A DNA stretch of 59,776 nucleotides from Minisyncoccota bacterium (GCA_937934285.1 CALHAT010000026.1:1-59776), one strand, 5' to 3'; shown: positions 46,405-57,054, counted from the stretch's first letter. Numbers and translations: made by a program. The notes: a model not told the origin generated them from the sequence alone.

Positions 46405-48209
46405 TAATGTTGATAAAAACCTTTACCAATATCCATTAACAATTGATTAAATTCTTTAATTTTAGCTTCAATTTCTTCAGCCGAAGATGCCTTTTCTTTT
46501 ATTTCTTCTAATTCTTTTATTTTATCATTAATTTTATTTTTTATTTCGTCATTTAATTTATCCTGCTGGTCTTGTAATAGTTTCCTTGCTTGATAAATTA
46601 AATTATCGGCTTGATTTTTGGCTTCAGCTAATTTGCGACGACGGTAATCTTCAGCAGCATATTCTTCAGCCTCTTTTTTTAATCTTTCAATTTCTTCTTT
46701 GGGGATATTAATTGAATTGGTTATCTTTACGCTTTGACTTTTTTGAGTTGCTTTATCTAAAGCCGTAACCGTTAAAATTCCGTTTTGATCGATGTCAAAA
46801 GTAACTTCAATTTGAGGAATACCTCGAGGAGCTGGTGGAATGCCTTCTAAACGGAAGAGAGCTAAAGTTTTATTATCACGGGCTATCGGTCTTTCACCCT
46901 GAACAACATGAATTTCTACAATCGTTTGATTATCTTCAGCAGTTGTAAAAATCTCTTTCTTTGAATAAGGAATCGGGGTATTTTTAGGAATCATAGGATG
47001 GGCAATCCCACCTAAGGTTTCAATAGCTAAAGTTAAGGGGACAACATCTAAAAGCAAAATTTCTCTAACCTCACCCTGCAAAATTCCCGCTTGAACAGCA
47101 GCTCCAATAGCTACAACTTCGTCAGGATTAATGTCTTTTCTTGGTTCTTTACCAAAGAACTCTTTTACTTTTTGCTGAATTAAAGGCATTCTGGTTTGAC
47201 CACCAACCAAAACAATATCATCAATATCTTGGGGCTTAAAGCCAACTTCATCTAAAGTTTTTTTTACCAGTTCAATTGATCTTTCAACTAAGTCTCTGGT
47301 CAAATCTTCAAGTTGGCTTCGGGTTAACTTGTAATAAAAATGTTTTGGTCCAGCTGGAGTCGAAGTAATAAAAGGAAGATTGATTTCGGTTTCATAAAGA
47401 GAAGATAATTCCTGTTTAGCTCTTTCAGCAGCTTCTTTTAGTCTTTGTAAAGCTAAAATATCAGTTGCTAAATCTATCCCTTCTTCTTTTTTAAACCAAT
47501 CAATCAAAAATTGAATAATTCTTTGATCAAAATCGTCACCACCCAAAAAGGTATCACCACCGACACCTTTGGTTTCAATAACCTGATCGCCGACTTCTAA
47601 AATTGAAATATCAAATGTCCCCCCACCAAAATCATAAACTAAAATTCGGGCATTTTTTTGTTTATCAAGCCCATAAGCTAAAGCAGCCGCAGTTGGTTCT
47701 GGCAAAAGTCTTTCGACTTCTAAACCAGCGATTTCGCCCGCGGCTTTAGTCGCTGCTCGTTGCGAATCATCAAAATAAGCCGGGCAAGTAATAACTGCTT
47801 CTTTAATCTCTTCACCAAGCTTTTCTTCAACATCCATTTTTATTTTCTGAAGAACCATTGCTGAAATCTCTTCAGGTCGATACCAACGATCACCCATTTT
47901 AACCTCGATACCGCCGCTTTCTGATTCTCTAATTTCATAAGGTAGAATTTGTTTTGCTCTTTGAACCTCCGGATCAGTAAATCTTCTTCCGATTAATCTT
48001 TTAACTGAAAAAATGGTATTTTTTGGATTAGTAATAGCTTGTCTTTTTGCCAAAACCCCAACCAACCTTTCACCGGCTTTCGAAATAGCTACTACTGAAG
48101 GCGTAAGTCTTGAACCTTCGCGATTTTCAATAACTCGAAAAGTGCCGGCTTCAATAATGGCTGCCACCGAATTGGTTGTTCCTAAATCAATACCGATAAT
48201 TCTACTCAT
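46404..48209 (-). CDS. dnaK: Chaperone DnaK
   Basis: GIDLGTTNS, DFGGGTFD, LVGGQTRMP, NPDEVVAIGAA, PAPRGIPQIEV. Confidence 0.98.
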   Translation of the reverse strand: MSRIIGIDLGTTNSVAAIIEAGTFRVIENREGSRLTPSVVAISKAGERLVGVLAKRQAITNPKNTIFSVKRLIGRRFTDPEVQRAKQILPYEIRESESGGIEVKMGDRWYRPEEISAMVLQKIKMDVEEKLGEEIKEAVITCPAYFDDSQRAATKAAGEIAGLEVERLLPEPTAAALAYGLDKQKNARILVYDFGGGTFDISILEVGDQVIETKGVGGDTFLGGDDFDQRIIQFLIDWFKKEEGIDLATDILALQRLKEAAERAKQELSSLYETEINLPFITSTPAGPKHFYYKLTRSQLEDLTRDLVERSIELVKKTLDEVGFKPQDIDDIVLVGGQTRMPLIQQKVKEFFGKEPRKDINPDEVVAIGAAVQAGILQGEVREILLLDVVPLTLAIETLGGIAHPMIPKNTPIPYSKKEIFTTAEDNQTIVEIHVVQGERPIARDNKTLALFRLEGIPPAPRGIPQIEVTFDIDQNGILTVTALDKATQKSQSVKITNSINIPKEEIERLKKEAEEYAAEDYRRRKLAEAKNQADNLIYQARKLLQDQQDKLNDEIKNKINDKIKELEEIKEKASSAEEIEAKIKEFNQLLMDIGKGFYQH

Positions 48210-48717
48210 GAGTGATAATTTTTACTCGACTAGGTCTTAACAGTCGACCCTTGAAAAAATAACCCTTGCTTAAAATTTCAACAATTAACCCCTCATCTTC
48301 GCCAGAACAATTTTCTTGAACACATTTTTTCTTAGCAATTGCTTCGTGAAAATTGGGATCAAATTTTTGATTGGGAGAAATTTCAATTTCGGATAAACCA
48401 AATTTTTCTAAAACATCTTTTAACTGAGAATAGATTAAATAAAAGCCTTTATTAATTTCATTTTTTTCGCTCTCTTTTAAAGCTAATTCAAATCCATCCA
48501 AAACACTCAGTAAATGATAAATCAATTCTAAATTAGCTATATTTTGAATCTCTTTAAATTTTTCTTCATATTCAGATTGAATTCTCAAAACATCACTTTT
48601 AGCTCTTTTTAAATTTTCTAAATATTGTTCTTTTTCTTTTTCCAAATTAGAAATTTTTTCTAAAAGTTCGTCGATGGTTTCCTCCCTTTTGGGCAATTCT
48701 TCATAATGTTCATTCAT
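48202..48717 (-). CDS. grpE: Nucleotide exchange factor GrpE
   Basis: FDPNFHEA, KGY...RLLRPSRVKI. Confidence 0.93.
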   Translation of the reverse strand: MNEHYEELPKREETIDELLEKISNLEKEKEQYLENLKRAKSDVLRIQSEYEEKFKEIQNIANLELIYHLLSVLDGFELALKESEKNEINKGFYLIYSQLKDVLEKFGLSEIEISPNQKFDPNFHEAIAKKKCVQENCSGEDEGLIVEILSKGYFFKGRLLRPSRVKIITHE

Positions 48718-49336
48718 TTTTGAAATTTTTACAAATTAAACAAAGGGTGTGATAAAAATTAATTTTATGACCTAAAAATCCTATTTCGAAATTTTTAGTT
48801 CTTTTTATGAATAAACTTAAATTACCCGTTTGAGATTCTTTAATTTCTCTTCCGATTAATACCTCATAATCCTTATCAATTTTATTGACAATTTTTTCTA
48901 AATTTTCGATAATATTTCCTAAATCATCAAGGGGACCGGCATTTTTATTAAATTGTATTAAAATTGTTTTTAAACCCTTTAAAACAAATTTAGAAGAATT
49001 TTTATCCTTAAAAAAAACAACATTTTTAGTCATTAAAGAAACCTTCTCTAAAAATTCTTCAACAGAATCTTTAAAATCGATTTTTATTTCTGGTACTAAA
49101 TGGTAATTATCTAAATAGTAATGCCAACCTTTCTCTGTCGGTTCTCTGCCAACAAAATTATCAGTATTTTTTAAATAACCATCATCAACTAATTTTCTAA
49201 AATAAAATCTTAAAGTTGAAGGCGAAAATTTTTTTATTTTTTTAGCTAAAAATTTTGAACCAATAGGTCTTTTTTGGGCAATATGACTTCTAACAAATTT
49301 ATAAAAAATATATTTTTGATTTCTATTAAGAGACAT
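48710..49336 (-). CDS. hrcA: Heat-inducible repressor HrcA (short form)
   Basis: PIGSK, SPSTLR, GYL...GREPTEKGW; position before grpE-dnaK. Confidence 0.85.
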   Translation of the reverse strand: MSLNRNQKYIFYKFVRSHIAQKRPIGSKFLAKKIKKFSPSTLRFYFRKLVDDGYLKNTDNFVGREPTEKGWHYYLDNYHLVPEIKIDFKDSVEEFLEKVSLMTKNVVFFKDKNSSKFVLKGLKTILIQFNKNAGPLDDLGNIIENLEKIVNKIDKDYEVLIGREIKESQTGNLSLFIKRTKNFEIGFLGHKINFYHTLCLICKNFKNE

Positions 49337-49740
49337 TACTCAATTTTAATTTCTTCACCGAATTCCTTTGTTTCTTCTGTTTTAGGAAGAAAAACTTTTA
49401 AAACTCCATTAATCAAAGTGGCTTTTGCTTTTTTAACATCAACTTCTCGAGGCAAAGGAACAACTCTTACAAAAGACCCTCGGCGAATCTCTTTTCGCCA
49501 ATAATTTTTCTCTTTCTCCTCTTTTTCTTCTTCGGCTTTACCCTGAATTTTTAAATAACCATCTTGAAACGAAATCTTAATATCTTCTTTGTGAAAACCA
49601 GGAACATTCATTTCGACAACAATCTCCTTATCAGTCTCATAGACATCAGTCGATAAAGATGAAGTTTTAAGTGGGGAAATATCCTCCTCAAAGAATTTCT
49701 CAATAAAATCTCTAAATGGTTCCCACTTACGAATAATCAT
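49336..49740 (-). CDS. Hsp20/alpha-crystallin small heat-shock protein
   Basis: DVYET, VPG...EDI, GSFVRVVPLP, NGVLKV.LPK. Confidence 0.95.
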   Translation of the reverse strand: MIIRKWEPFRDFIEKFFEEDISPLKTSSLSTDVYETDKEIVVEMNVPGFHKEDIKISFQDGYLKIQGKAEEEKEEKEKNYWRKEIRRGSFVRVVPLPREVDVKKAKATLINGVLKVFLPKTEETKEFGEEIKIE

Positions 49741-49791
49741 AATTAATTTATTAAAGATTTAATTTCGACCTTTACAATATATATTAATCAT

Positions 49792-49830
49792 ATTATATCT
49801 TGTTTAGCACCAATATGTCAAGGGTGATAG
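49792..49830 (-). promoter_or_regulatory. Sigma70 promoter overlapped by a degenerate CIRCE element
   Basis: TTAGCACca-N9-GgGTGaTAg at 49804-49830 (consensus TTAGCACTC-N9-GAGTGCTAA); minus-strand TTGACA at 49816-21 and TATAAT at 49792-97, 18 nt apart. Confidence 0.75.
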
Positions 49831-49842
49831 ATTATTAGCAAA

Positions 49843-49965
49843 TTAAAAATTTTTTTTAAGAATTCTTAGAAGTTCTATATAGAGAGCCGGATTGGAAAAA
49901 ATCCATATATAAAGAGAAATTATTATTAAAAAAATAACAAATAAAAATAAGATATCCTTTTTCAT
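49843..49965 (-). CDS. Possible 40-aa single-TM peptide
   Basis: MKKDILFLFVIFLIIISLYIWIFSNPALYIELLRILKKNF; could be chance in AT-rich DNA. Confidence 0.3.
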   Translation of the reverse strand: MKKDILFLFVIFLIIISLYIWIFSNPALYIELLRILKKNF

Positions 49966-49987
49966 ATGGTTCTTAACTTTTAAATAT

Positions 49988-50017
49988 TTGACATTTTTTA
50001 AATTCTTATGTTAAAAT
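49988..50017 (+). promoter_or_regulatory. Sigma70 promoter for ORF 50067
   Basis: TTGACA at 49988, TG-T-TAAAAT at 50009-50017, 18-nt spacer. Confidence 0.6.
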
Positions 50018-50066
50018 TTTATCATAAATTTAAAAAGGTCGCTATTCTTAAAAAATCCGAAATAAA

Positions 50067-50255
50067 ATGCAAAATAAGAATATAACTGTTGTTTTAGTTA
50101 TTGTCATTCTATTAGCTTTAGGGGTTGTAACTTACTGGTTTTTACAAAGAGGAAAAACGCCAGTATCAACTTCCGAAGTGTTACCAAGTGTTCCTGAAAT
50201 ACCAACCGGTCAAGAAGTTCCATCAATTCCTGAATCAGAAGGACCAACTTATTAG
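50067..50255 (+). CDS. Small membrane-anchored Pro/Glu-rich protein
   Basis: TM followed by repeated EV(L)PS(V/I)PE; has its own promoter and terminator. Confidence 0.7.
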   Translation: MQNKNITVVLVIVILLALGVVTYWFLQRGKTPVSTSEVLPSVPEIPTGQEVPSIPESEGPTY

Positions 50256-50313
50256 CCATCAACACCTTAAAATTTTATCTAATTTTATCTTTTATTACTT
50301 TAAATAAATTTTG

Positions 50314-50343
50314 AAAACACCGGCTCTTTGCTGCCGGTGTTTT
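50314..50343. terminator. Intrinsic terminator hairpin
   Basis: AAAACACCGGC-8 nt-GCCGGTGTTTT perfect 11-bp inverted repeat. Confidence 0.8.
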
Positions 50344-50377
50344 CAGTATGGCTAAATTTTGATAAAATTAAAATATT

Positions 50378-51685
50378 ATGGCTGACCCGCTTTTATTTAT
50401 CTTAAGATTTATTTTTGATTTTTGGTGGCTTTTAATGCCCGCTTTAACATTTCAAATTTTATGGGAAAAATTCAGAAAAAATCAAGCTAAAGAGTACCGT
50501 AATAAATTTATAAAATGGTCCTTTATAGAAATTAAATTTCCCTCGGGAATAACCAGAACTCCAAGAGCAATGGAGGAAGTTTTCAATGCCCTACATGCTA
50601 TTCATCCTGATCCATCTCTTGATCTAACTTGGTACAATTTAAATATTAAGGGCTTTGTACCTAAAAGTTATGTCTTTTTGATTATCGCTCATGATAAAAA
50701 GTTAAGATTTTATATTAGATTCCCTCAAGAATTAAAAGAATTTATCAAAACTAGGTTTTATTCTCAATATCCAGAAATTCAATTTCAAGAAGTAGATAAC
50801 CCATTAAGCATTCTTCCTCTAAATATACCCAATGCTTTATTTGATGTTGAGATTTTTGACGCTCGACTTTTAAAAGAGGATGCTTACCCAATAAAAACCT
50901 ATGTTCAAATTGAAAATCTCCCTCCAGATCAACAAATAGATCCTATTACCACTTTTTCTGAAGCTGCTACTCAAATTTCCAATAAGGAATGGCTTATTTT
51001 TCAACTTTTTGCATTACCTACAACCGCTGATAATCCTGAACAGGGCAAAAAATGGATTGAAAGGGGTCAAAAGCTAATTAACAAACTTATCGGCAAAGAA
51101 GAAATCAAGGAACCTTCTTTAGAGGAACAGATCAAAGAGTTTGTAGTTAATCTTTTATTAGCCCCTTTTAAATCCCCGGAATGGAAAACCTTAGAAAAAA
51201 AAGATGATAAGGAATTCAATATTCAAAAGCTAACACCAGGGGAAAGAAAAATTATCGAATTAATTCAAACAAAACTTTCAAAATTAGGATATTGGTGTAA
51301 TTTACGGATTGCTTATATAGCCACTAAAGATATTTTTGATATTAACAAAAAATCAATAAATTCATTGATATTAAGCACTTTAAAAAATTTCAGTACTGAA
51401 AATTTAAATGGATTTAGATTAACACCTTTAACTCAAAAAGGCGATAGTTCTTCGCTGATTAATTTTGTTTTAAAAAGGTCAGAATATAATTATCTAAACA
51501 TTTATCTTCCTGTAATTTTTTTACCGGGATGGGCAAAGAAAAAACTGGTCGACAAAACCTTGGGAGAAGGGTTTATTTTAAATACCGAAGAACTAGCTTC
51601 CCTATTCCACCCGCCAATGGAGTTTGTTCCATCTATTGGCTTAGAAAAAATTCCATTACGAGAACTGCCACCGCCTTTTTCTTAA
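50378..51685 (+). CDS. Membrane-anchored hypothetical protein paired with the VirD4-like ATPase
   Basis: TM; AMEEVF..LH, YSQYPE, YPIKTY, LNTEELASLFHPP pattern recognised from CPR proteins preceding such ATPases. Confidence 0.7.
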   Translation: MADPLLFILRFIFDFWWLLMPALTFQILWEKFRKNQAKEYRNKFIKWSFIEIKFPSGITRTPRAMEEVFNALHAIHPDPSLDLTWYNLNIKGFVPKSYVFLIIAHDKKLRFYIRFPQELKEFIKTRFYSQYPEIQFQEVDNPLSILPLNIPNALFDVEIFDARLLKEDAYPIKTYVQIENLPPDQQIDPITTFSEAATQISNKEWLIFQLFALPTTADNPEQGKKWIERGQKLINKLIGKEEIKEPSLEEQIKEFVVNLLLAPFKSPEWKTLEKKDDKEFNIQKLTPGERKIIELIQTKLSKLGYWCNLRIAYIATKDIFDINKKSINSLILSTLKNFSTENLNGFRLTPLTQKGDSSSLINFVLKRSEYNYLNIYLPVIFLPGWAKKKLVDKTLGEGFILNTEELASLFHPPMEFVPSIGLEKIPLRELPPPFS

Positions 51686-51687
51686 TT

Positions 51688-53184
51688 ATGGAAACCATTT
51701 TACCTATTGGCAAAATAAATTTTAGAGGCAAAGAGAATATTTTTGGTATAAAAAAAACTGATAGATTGAAACATATTTATATTTTAGGGAAAACTGGCCA
51801 CGGCAAAACAACTCTTTTGGAAAATATGATTATTGAGGATATCTTAAATGGTGAGGGTTTAGCTTATTTAGACCCTCATGGGGATAGTGTCCAAAAAATT
51901 TTGGATTTTATTCCCAAAGAACGAATTGATGATGTTATTTATTTTAATCCAACAGATGTTAATCATCCTTTCGCTTTTAATCCTTTAGAAAGAGTTCCCT
52001 GGGAAAATCGCCATTTAATCGCTTTAAGTTTGCTTTCGGTTTTCAAAAAAATTTGGGTTGATGCCTGGTCAGCCAGAATGGAGTATATCTTAACTAACAC
52101 TTTATTAGCTCTTTTGGAATGGCCCGGGGCAACCTTACTTGATGTTAATCGCATATTAGCTGATGATAATTTTCGCAAAAAAGTTATTGATAACCTCCAG
52201 GACCAAGTTGTTAAAGCTTTTTGGACCCAAGAATTTAATAAATATCATCTCCAGTTTCGAACCGAAGCCATTGCTCCGATCCAAAACAAAATTGGCCAAT
52301 TTATAACCAATCCTTTAATTAGAAATATTATTGGCCAGACAGAATCATCATTTGATTTAAGAGATATTATGGATAACAGAAAAATTTTATTAGTCAATTT
52401 AGCTGTTGGCGCCATTGGCGAAGAGACCTCAGCTTTGCTTGGTGGTCTTTTGATAACCAAACTTCAAATTTCAGCAATGAGTCGGGTTAATCTTTCTGAA
52501 GAAGAAAGGAAAGATTTTTATCTTTATGTTGATGAATTTCAAAATTTTGCTACTGAATCTTTTATTAATATCTTGTCTGAAGCTAGAAAATATCATTTAG
52601 GGCTTATCTTAAGCCATCAATATTTTGATCAAGTCGAAGAAAAAATAATTAAGTCTATTTTCGGCAATGTAGGAACCTTTATTATTTTTCGAGTAGGGCC
52701 AATAGATGCTGAAATTCTTATTAAAGAATTCAATTATCAAGTTAGATTAGAGGATTTTGTTAATTTGCCTGCTTATCATATCTATGTAAAGCTTTTAGTT
52801 GATAATATGCCTACCGCTCCGTTTTTAGCAATCACTTTACCTCCTAAGCAAAAACCTGAAATTTCATACAAAGAAGAAATTATTAATTTAAATCACTTAA
52901 AATATGCCAAACGCCGAAGTTTAGTCGAGATGAGAATTGCTAAAATCTATAAAGAGGTTTCATCAGAAGATAAAAATTTAATTTATTGTCGACAATGTGG
53001 CCAGCTTTTTTATTCTCAAAAAGGATTCGAAATTTGTGAAGACTGCCAAGCACGGGTTAAAACGGGTATCTCCCTAAAAAAAGCTATCGAAACAGAAATT
53101 TTAATTAGAAAAAAAGAAAATAAGCGAAAAGGAGCAAATAGCTTAGATGAAATTTTAAAAAAATTACAAAATGGAAAGTCTTAA
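51688..53184 (+). CDS. VirD4/TraG/HerA-like P-loop ATPase with C-terminal Zn ribbon
   Basis: HIYILGKTGHGKTT (Walker A), DPHGD, LYVDEFQNF (Walker B), SEARKY, CRQC...CEDC; start METIL at 51688. Confidence 0.88.
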   Translation: METILPIGKINFRGKENIFGIKKTDRLKHIYILGKTGHGKTTLLENMIIEDILNGEGLAYLDPHGDSVQKILDFIPKERIDDVIYFNPTDVNHPFAFNPLERVPWENRHLIALSLLSVFKKIWVDAWSARMEYILTNTLLALLEWPGATLLDVNRILADDNFRKKVIDNLQDQVVKAFWTQEFNKYHLQFRTEAIAPIQNKIGQFITNPLIRNIIGQTESSFDLRDIMDNRKILLVNLAVGAIGEETSALLGGLLITKLQISAMSRVNLSEEERKDFYLYVDEFQNFATESFINILSEARKYHLGLILSHQYFDQVEEKIIKSIFGNVGTFIIFRVGPIDAEILIKEFNYQVRLEDFVNLPAYHIYVKLLVDNMPTAPFLAITLPPKQKPEISYKEEIINLNHLKYAKRRSLVEMRIAKIYKEVSSEDKNLIYCRQCGQLFYSQKGFEICEDCQARVKTGISLKKAIETEILIRKKENKRKGANSLDEILKKLQNGKS

Positions 53185-54790
53185 AAATAAACTTGATATT
53201 TTCGAAGTTGTTCAAAGATATGTCAAATTGAAAAAAGCTGGTAGATATTTTGTTGGTCTTTGTCCTTTTCATAAAGAAACTAAACCTTCTTTTTATATTT
53301 CCCCGGAAAGACAGATTTTTAAATGTTTTGGTTGTGGTGAAGGTGGCGATGTTTTGAAATTTTTAATGAAAATTGAAAATCTTAATTATCCTCAAGTTTT
53401 GGAAAAATTAAAAGAAGATTATGGCTTAGAAATTAAAAGCACACCTTCTGAGTTGGTTCGTGAAGAAAAAGAAATTTTAGAAATCAATTATGCAGCTTTA
53501 AAATTCTTTCGTCAAAATTTAAAAGAAAATAAAGATGCTTTAGATTATTTGCGCGAGCGGGGGTTGACAGAAAAAACAATTAATGATTTTGAGTTAGGTT
53601 TTTCGCCTGGTAATACTTTATTAAGAGATTATCTTTATTCTCTTGGTTATTCTTTAGAAAAAATAAAAAAAGCCGGCTTTGTTGATGAAAAAAATTTTGA
53701 CCGTTTTCAATCGCGTCTTATTTTTCCCTTAAGAGATGAACGAGGTCGATTGGTTGGTTTTACCGGCAGACTCTTTCAAAAAGAATTAGGACCAAAATAC
53801 CTAAACTCACCAGAGACATCTTTGTTTAAAAAATCGCAATTTTTATATGGACTTTTTTATAGTAAAGAATATCTTTTGCAGACAAAAAAAGTTTTTTTGG
53901 TCGAAGGGCAATTTGATTTTTTACTTGCTTGGCAAAATAATTTAAAAAATATCGTTGCTGTTTCCGGTTCGGCTTTAACTGAGGACCATCTGCGAAAATT
54001 AAAAAGATATAGTCAAGAAATTATTTTTGCTTTTGATAATGATAATGCCGGTTTTTCTGCATCATTAAGGGCCAATCTTTTAGCTAAAAAACTTAATTTT
54101 CCGACTTATCAAGCTATTTATCCCCAAAAAGATTTAGCTGAGTTTTTTGCTAATCAAGAAAACATTCCTATAAAACAAGAAAAGTTTGAGGATTATCTTT
54201 TAAATTTTCTTTTGGAAAAATATGGTCAAGAAAAAGGACAGGAAATTTTGAATATTTTTTTACCCCAAATCAAATATCTCAAACCAATCGAAATCAACAA
54301 TTATTTAGAAAGATTAAGTTCGTTACTAAATATTTCTAAGAATCTCCTCGAGACAGAATTAAAACAAATCGAAGTTTTTGTCCCCTCTTTCGAAGAAAAA
54401 GAGTTAGTCGAAGAGAAAAGTCTCGAAGAAAAATTTTCCCTAAAATTAATTTCCTTAATTTATCTTCAAAAAGATAGTTTAGTCTTAGAAGAAGCCCAAA
54501 ATTTTTTACCCTTAAAATTCAAAAATCTTCTTGAGCGAGTTATTAAAAACGAACTTAATGAAAACGAAAGAGATTATTTAGAAATGGCTAAAAATTTTTA
54601 TTTAAGTTCAAAAATTTCTCTATCGCGAGAATTAAAAAAAACTTTAATTAATTTAAAGCGAGTTGTTCTTAAAAATAATTTAAAGAATCTGCACAATCAG
54701 TTAAAATTGGCAACAGCTGAAGAATTTGATAAAATTATGTTGGAAATAAATGATCTTTTAAAAGAGTTAAGAAAAGTTGAAAAACAATGA
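53171..54790 (+). CDS. dnaG: DNA primase
   Basis: [11 protein letters not shown]...[25 protein letters not shown]. Confidence 0.96.
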   Translation: MESLKNKLDIFEVVQRYVKLKKAGRYFVGLCPFHKETKPSFYISPERQIFKCFGCGEGGDVLKFLMKIENLNYPQVLEKLKEDYGLEIKSTPSELVREEKEILEINYAALKFFRQNLKENKDALDYLRERGLTEKTINDFELGFSPGNTLLRDYLYSLGYSLEKIKKAGFVDEKNFDRFQSRLIFPLRDERGRLVGFTGRLFQKELGPKYLNSPETSLFKKSQFLYGLFYSKEYLLQTKKVFLVEGQFDFLLAWQNNLKNIVAVSGSALTEDHLRKLKRYSQEIIFAFDNDNAGFSASLRANLLAKKLNFPTYQAIYPQKDLAEFFANQENIPIKQEKFEDYLLNFLLEKYGQEKGQEILNIFLPQIKYLKPIEINNYLERLSSLLNISKNLLETELKQIEVFVPSFEEKELVEEKSLEEKFSLKLISLIYLQKDSLVLEEAQNFLPLKFKNLLERVIKNELNENERDYLEMAKNFYLSSKISLSRELKKTLINLKRVVLKNNLKNLHNQLKLATAEEFDKIMLEINDLLKELRKVEKQ

Positions 54791-55872
54791 AAAAGGTAAA
54801 AAGAAAAAAAATTAAAAAAGATCCGGAAAAAATTATTGATGAGAAAATTAAGGTCTTAATTGAGAAGGGTAAGGAAAGAGGCTTTGTTACTGAAGAAGAA
54901 ATTTTATATTTATTCCCTGATATTGAAAAAAATATTGATATTTTAGAAAAAATTTATGAACGATTAGAAATCTCAGGAATTGAATTAAAAAGCACTAAAG
55001 AACTTTGGCAGAAAAATGAAAATTTTGACTTTGAAGATAAAGCTTTAGCTGATGCGACTCAAAAATATTTATCTGAGATTGGCAAATACCCTCTATTAAC
55101 ACCGGAAGAAGAAAAAGAATTAGCTAAAAAAGCATCAAAAGGTGATTTAGAAGCCCGGGAAAGATTAATAAAGTCAAATTTAAGATTGGTAGTGAATATT
55201 GCTAAAAAATACTTAGGTAGAAGCAAAGGATTAACTTTGCTTGACTTAATCCAAGAAGGAAATATTGGTTTAGCTAAAGCAGTTGACAAATTTGATTGGC
55301 GTCGGGGATTTAAATTTTCAACTTTTGCAACCTGGTGGATTCGTCAAGCGATTTCTCGTGCCTTATCTGACCAAGCCCGAACAATTAGATTACCCGTCCA
55401 TGTTGTTGAAACTTTATATAAACTTAACAAAGCTAAAAAGAGGCTGGCGAGTATTTTGGATCGCGAACCAACTACAGAGGAATTAGCTGCGGAAATTGGT
55501 TTACCAACTCAAAAAATTCAAAAACTTTTGAAATATGTTCCTGATACCATATCCTTAGAATCTCCGATCGGTGAAGGAAAATCTCTTTTAAAAGAATTGA
55601 TTCCCGACACAACAACTATTAGTCCTGAAAAAATAGCTGCGGCAGCCGCTTTAAGAGAAGAACTTAAAAAAGCAATCCGTGATTTAAATCCTAAAGAAAG
55701 AAGAATTATTAGTCTAAGATATGGTCTTGAAGACGGTATTATGCATACCTTAGAAGAGATTGGTAAAATTTATGGAATTACACGCGAAAGAGTTAGGCAA
55801 ATTGAAATCAAAGCTTTAGAAAAGCTTAAACATAATGAACTTATTAAAAAACTTAAGGAACAGTGGGGTTAA
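54787..55872 (+). CDS. rpoD: Primary sigma factor RpoD/SigA
   Basis: [44 protein letters not shown]. Confidence 0.97.
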   Translation: MKKVKRKKIKKDPEKIIDEKIKVLIEKGKERGFVTEEEILYLFPDIEKNIDILEKIYERLEISGIELKSTKELWQKNENFDFEDKALADATQKYLSEIGKYPLLTPEEEKELAKKASKGDLEARERLIKSNLRLVVNIAKKYLGRSKGLTLLDLIQEGNIGLAKAVDKFDWRRGFKFSTFATWWIRQAISRALSDQARTIRLPVHVVETLYKLNKAKKRLASILDREPTTEELAAEIGLPTQKIQKLLKYVPDTISLESPIGEGKSLLKELIPDTTTISPEKIAAAAALREELKKAIRDLNPKERRIISLRYGLEDGIMHTLEEIGKIYGITRERVRQIEIKALEKLKHNELIKKLKEQWG

Positions 55873-56964
55873 ATGTTCTACCATAAATATCGGCCAAAAT
55901 TTTTTCGCGAAGTAGTCGGTCAAGAAATTGTTGTTAAAATTTTACAAAATTTTTTGAAAAGAGACTCAATTCCTCATGGTTATTTGTTTGCTGGCGAAAA
56001 AGGAACGGGCAAAACAAGTGTTGCTCGAATTTATGCTAAAGCTTTAAATTGTTTACATCTTAAAGAAAATGAACCTTGTGGCGAGTGTCTTGTTTGTCGC
56101 TTATTTCAAGAAAATAAATTTTTAGATATCGTTGAAATTGACGCTGCTTCACATCGCAAAATTGATGATATCCGCAATCTTCAAGAACATATTGGTTTTC
56201 GACCCCTTCAGGGGAAATATAAAGTGTTTATTATTGACGAAGCTCACTCCTTAACTGAAGAGGCAGCCAACGCTCTTTTGAAAACATTAGAAGAACCTCC
56301 GACACACGCTATTTTCATTTTAGCAACAACTGAACCAACAAGAATTATCCCTACAATTCTTTCCCGGGTTCAAAGATTAGATTTTCGTCGAATTAGTTTG
56401 CCCAAAATTGTTGCGAAATTAAAATTGATTGCTGAAAATGAGGGTTTCGCTTATGAAGAACCAGCTCTTTATTTAATTGCCGAAGAAGCCGGTGGTTCTT
56501 TGCGAGATGCTGAAACTTTACTTGAAAAAATTGCCCTGAGTTTAAATCCTCATACAATATTAAGCGAGAATCTTGTAGCTGAATTTTTGGGCCATTTGAG
56601 TTTAATTAAAATTTTAGAATTTCTGGAATTAATCAGCAAAAGAAAAATAAATGAATCTTTAAACTTTTTAGAAAAAATTTATGCTCAGGGTTTTGACCTA
56701 AACTTATTTTTGCGCTCTTTGCTCAAAGTAATAAGACAGTTGATGTTTTTAAAAATTCATCCTGAATATGGTAAACATTTAGAAACCGAAAAGCCAGAAG
56801 AAATTATTGACCGAATGAAAAAAATTAACGAGAACTTCTCTCTTGATGATTTAAAAAAATTAAGTTTTCTTCTTTTTGAGGCTGATAGTTATTTAAAAAA
56901 AGAGCCGCCGTCATTACTTTTACCAATTGAACTTGCCTTAATTGAATATTTTGAGGTAAAATAA
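55873..56964 (+). CDS. dnaX: DNA polymerase III gamma/tau
   Basis: KYRP, GEKGTGKTS, EIDAAS, IIDEAH, LLKTLEEPP, TILSRVQ. Confidence 0.96.
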   Translation: MFYHKYRPKFFREVVGQEIVVKILQNFLKRDSIPHGYLFAGEKGTGKTSVARIYAKALNCLHLKENEPCGECLVCRLFQENKFLDIVEIDAASHRKIDDIRNLQEHIGFRPLQGKYKVFIIDEAHSLTEEAANALLKTLEEPPTHAIFILATTEPTRIIPTILSRVQRLDFRRISLPKIVAKLKLIAENEGFAYEEPALYLIAEEAGGSLRDAETLLEKIALSLNPHTILSENLVAEFLGHLSLIKILEFLELISKRKINESLNFLEKIYAQGFDLNLFLRSLLKVIRQLMFLKIHPEYGKHLETEKPEEIIDRMKKINENFSLDDLKKLSFLLFEADSYLKKEPPSLLLPIELALIEYFEVK

Positions 56965-56974
56965 TTATAAAAAT

Positions 56975-57045
56975 TGCGGGGTGGTGTAATGGTAGCACAA
57001 GGGACTTTGAATCCCTTGGTCTTGGTTCGAATCCAAGCCCCGCAG
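56975..57045 (+). tRNA. tRNA-Gln(TTG)
   Basis: TGCGGGG/CCCCGCA acceptor stem, AGGGA-CTTTGAA-TCCCT, GGTTCGAATCC. Confidence 0.95.
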
Positions 57046-57054
57046 CCTTTTAAG

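Noticed and set aside
50378..53184. Programmed frameshift joining the two overlapping ORFs
   Set aside because: The overlap comes from the longest-ORF start; ATG 51688 lies 2 nt after the upstream stop.
2853..55486. Short shadow ORFs (e.g. 2853, 6165, 7526, 8922, 10076, 14421, 15566, 18309, 29015, 33080, 33352, 33752, 36772, 39750, 41099, 43602, 48013, 48885, 49274, 51963, 52245, 55059, 55283)
   Set aside because: They lie antisense or out of frame within well-supported genes and show no recognisable motifs.
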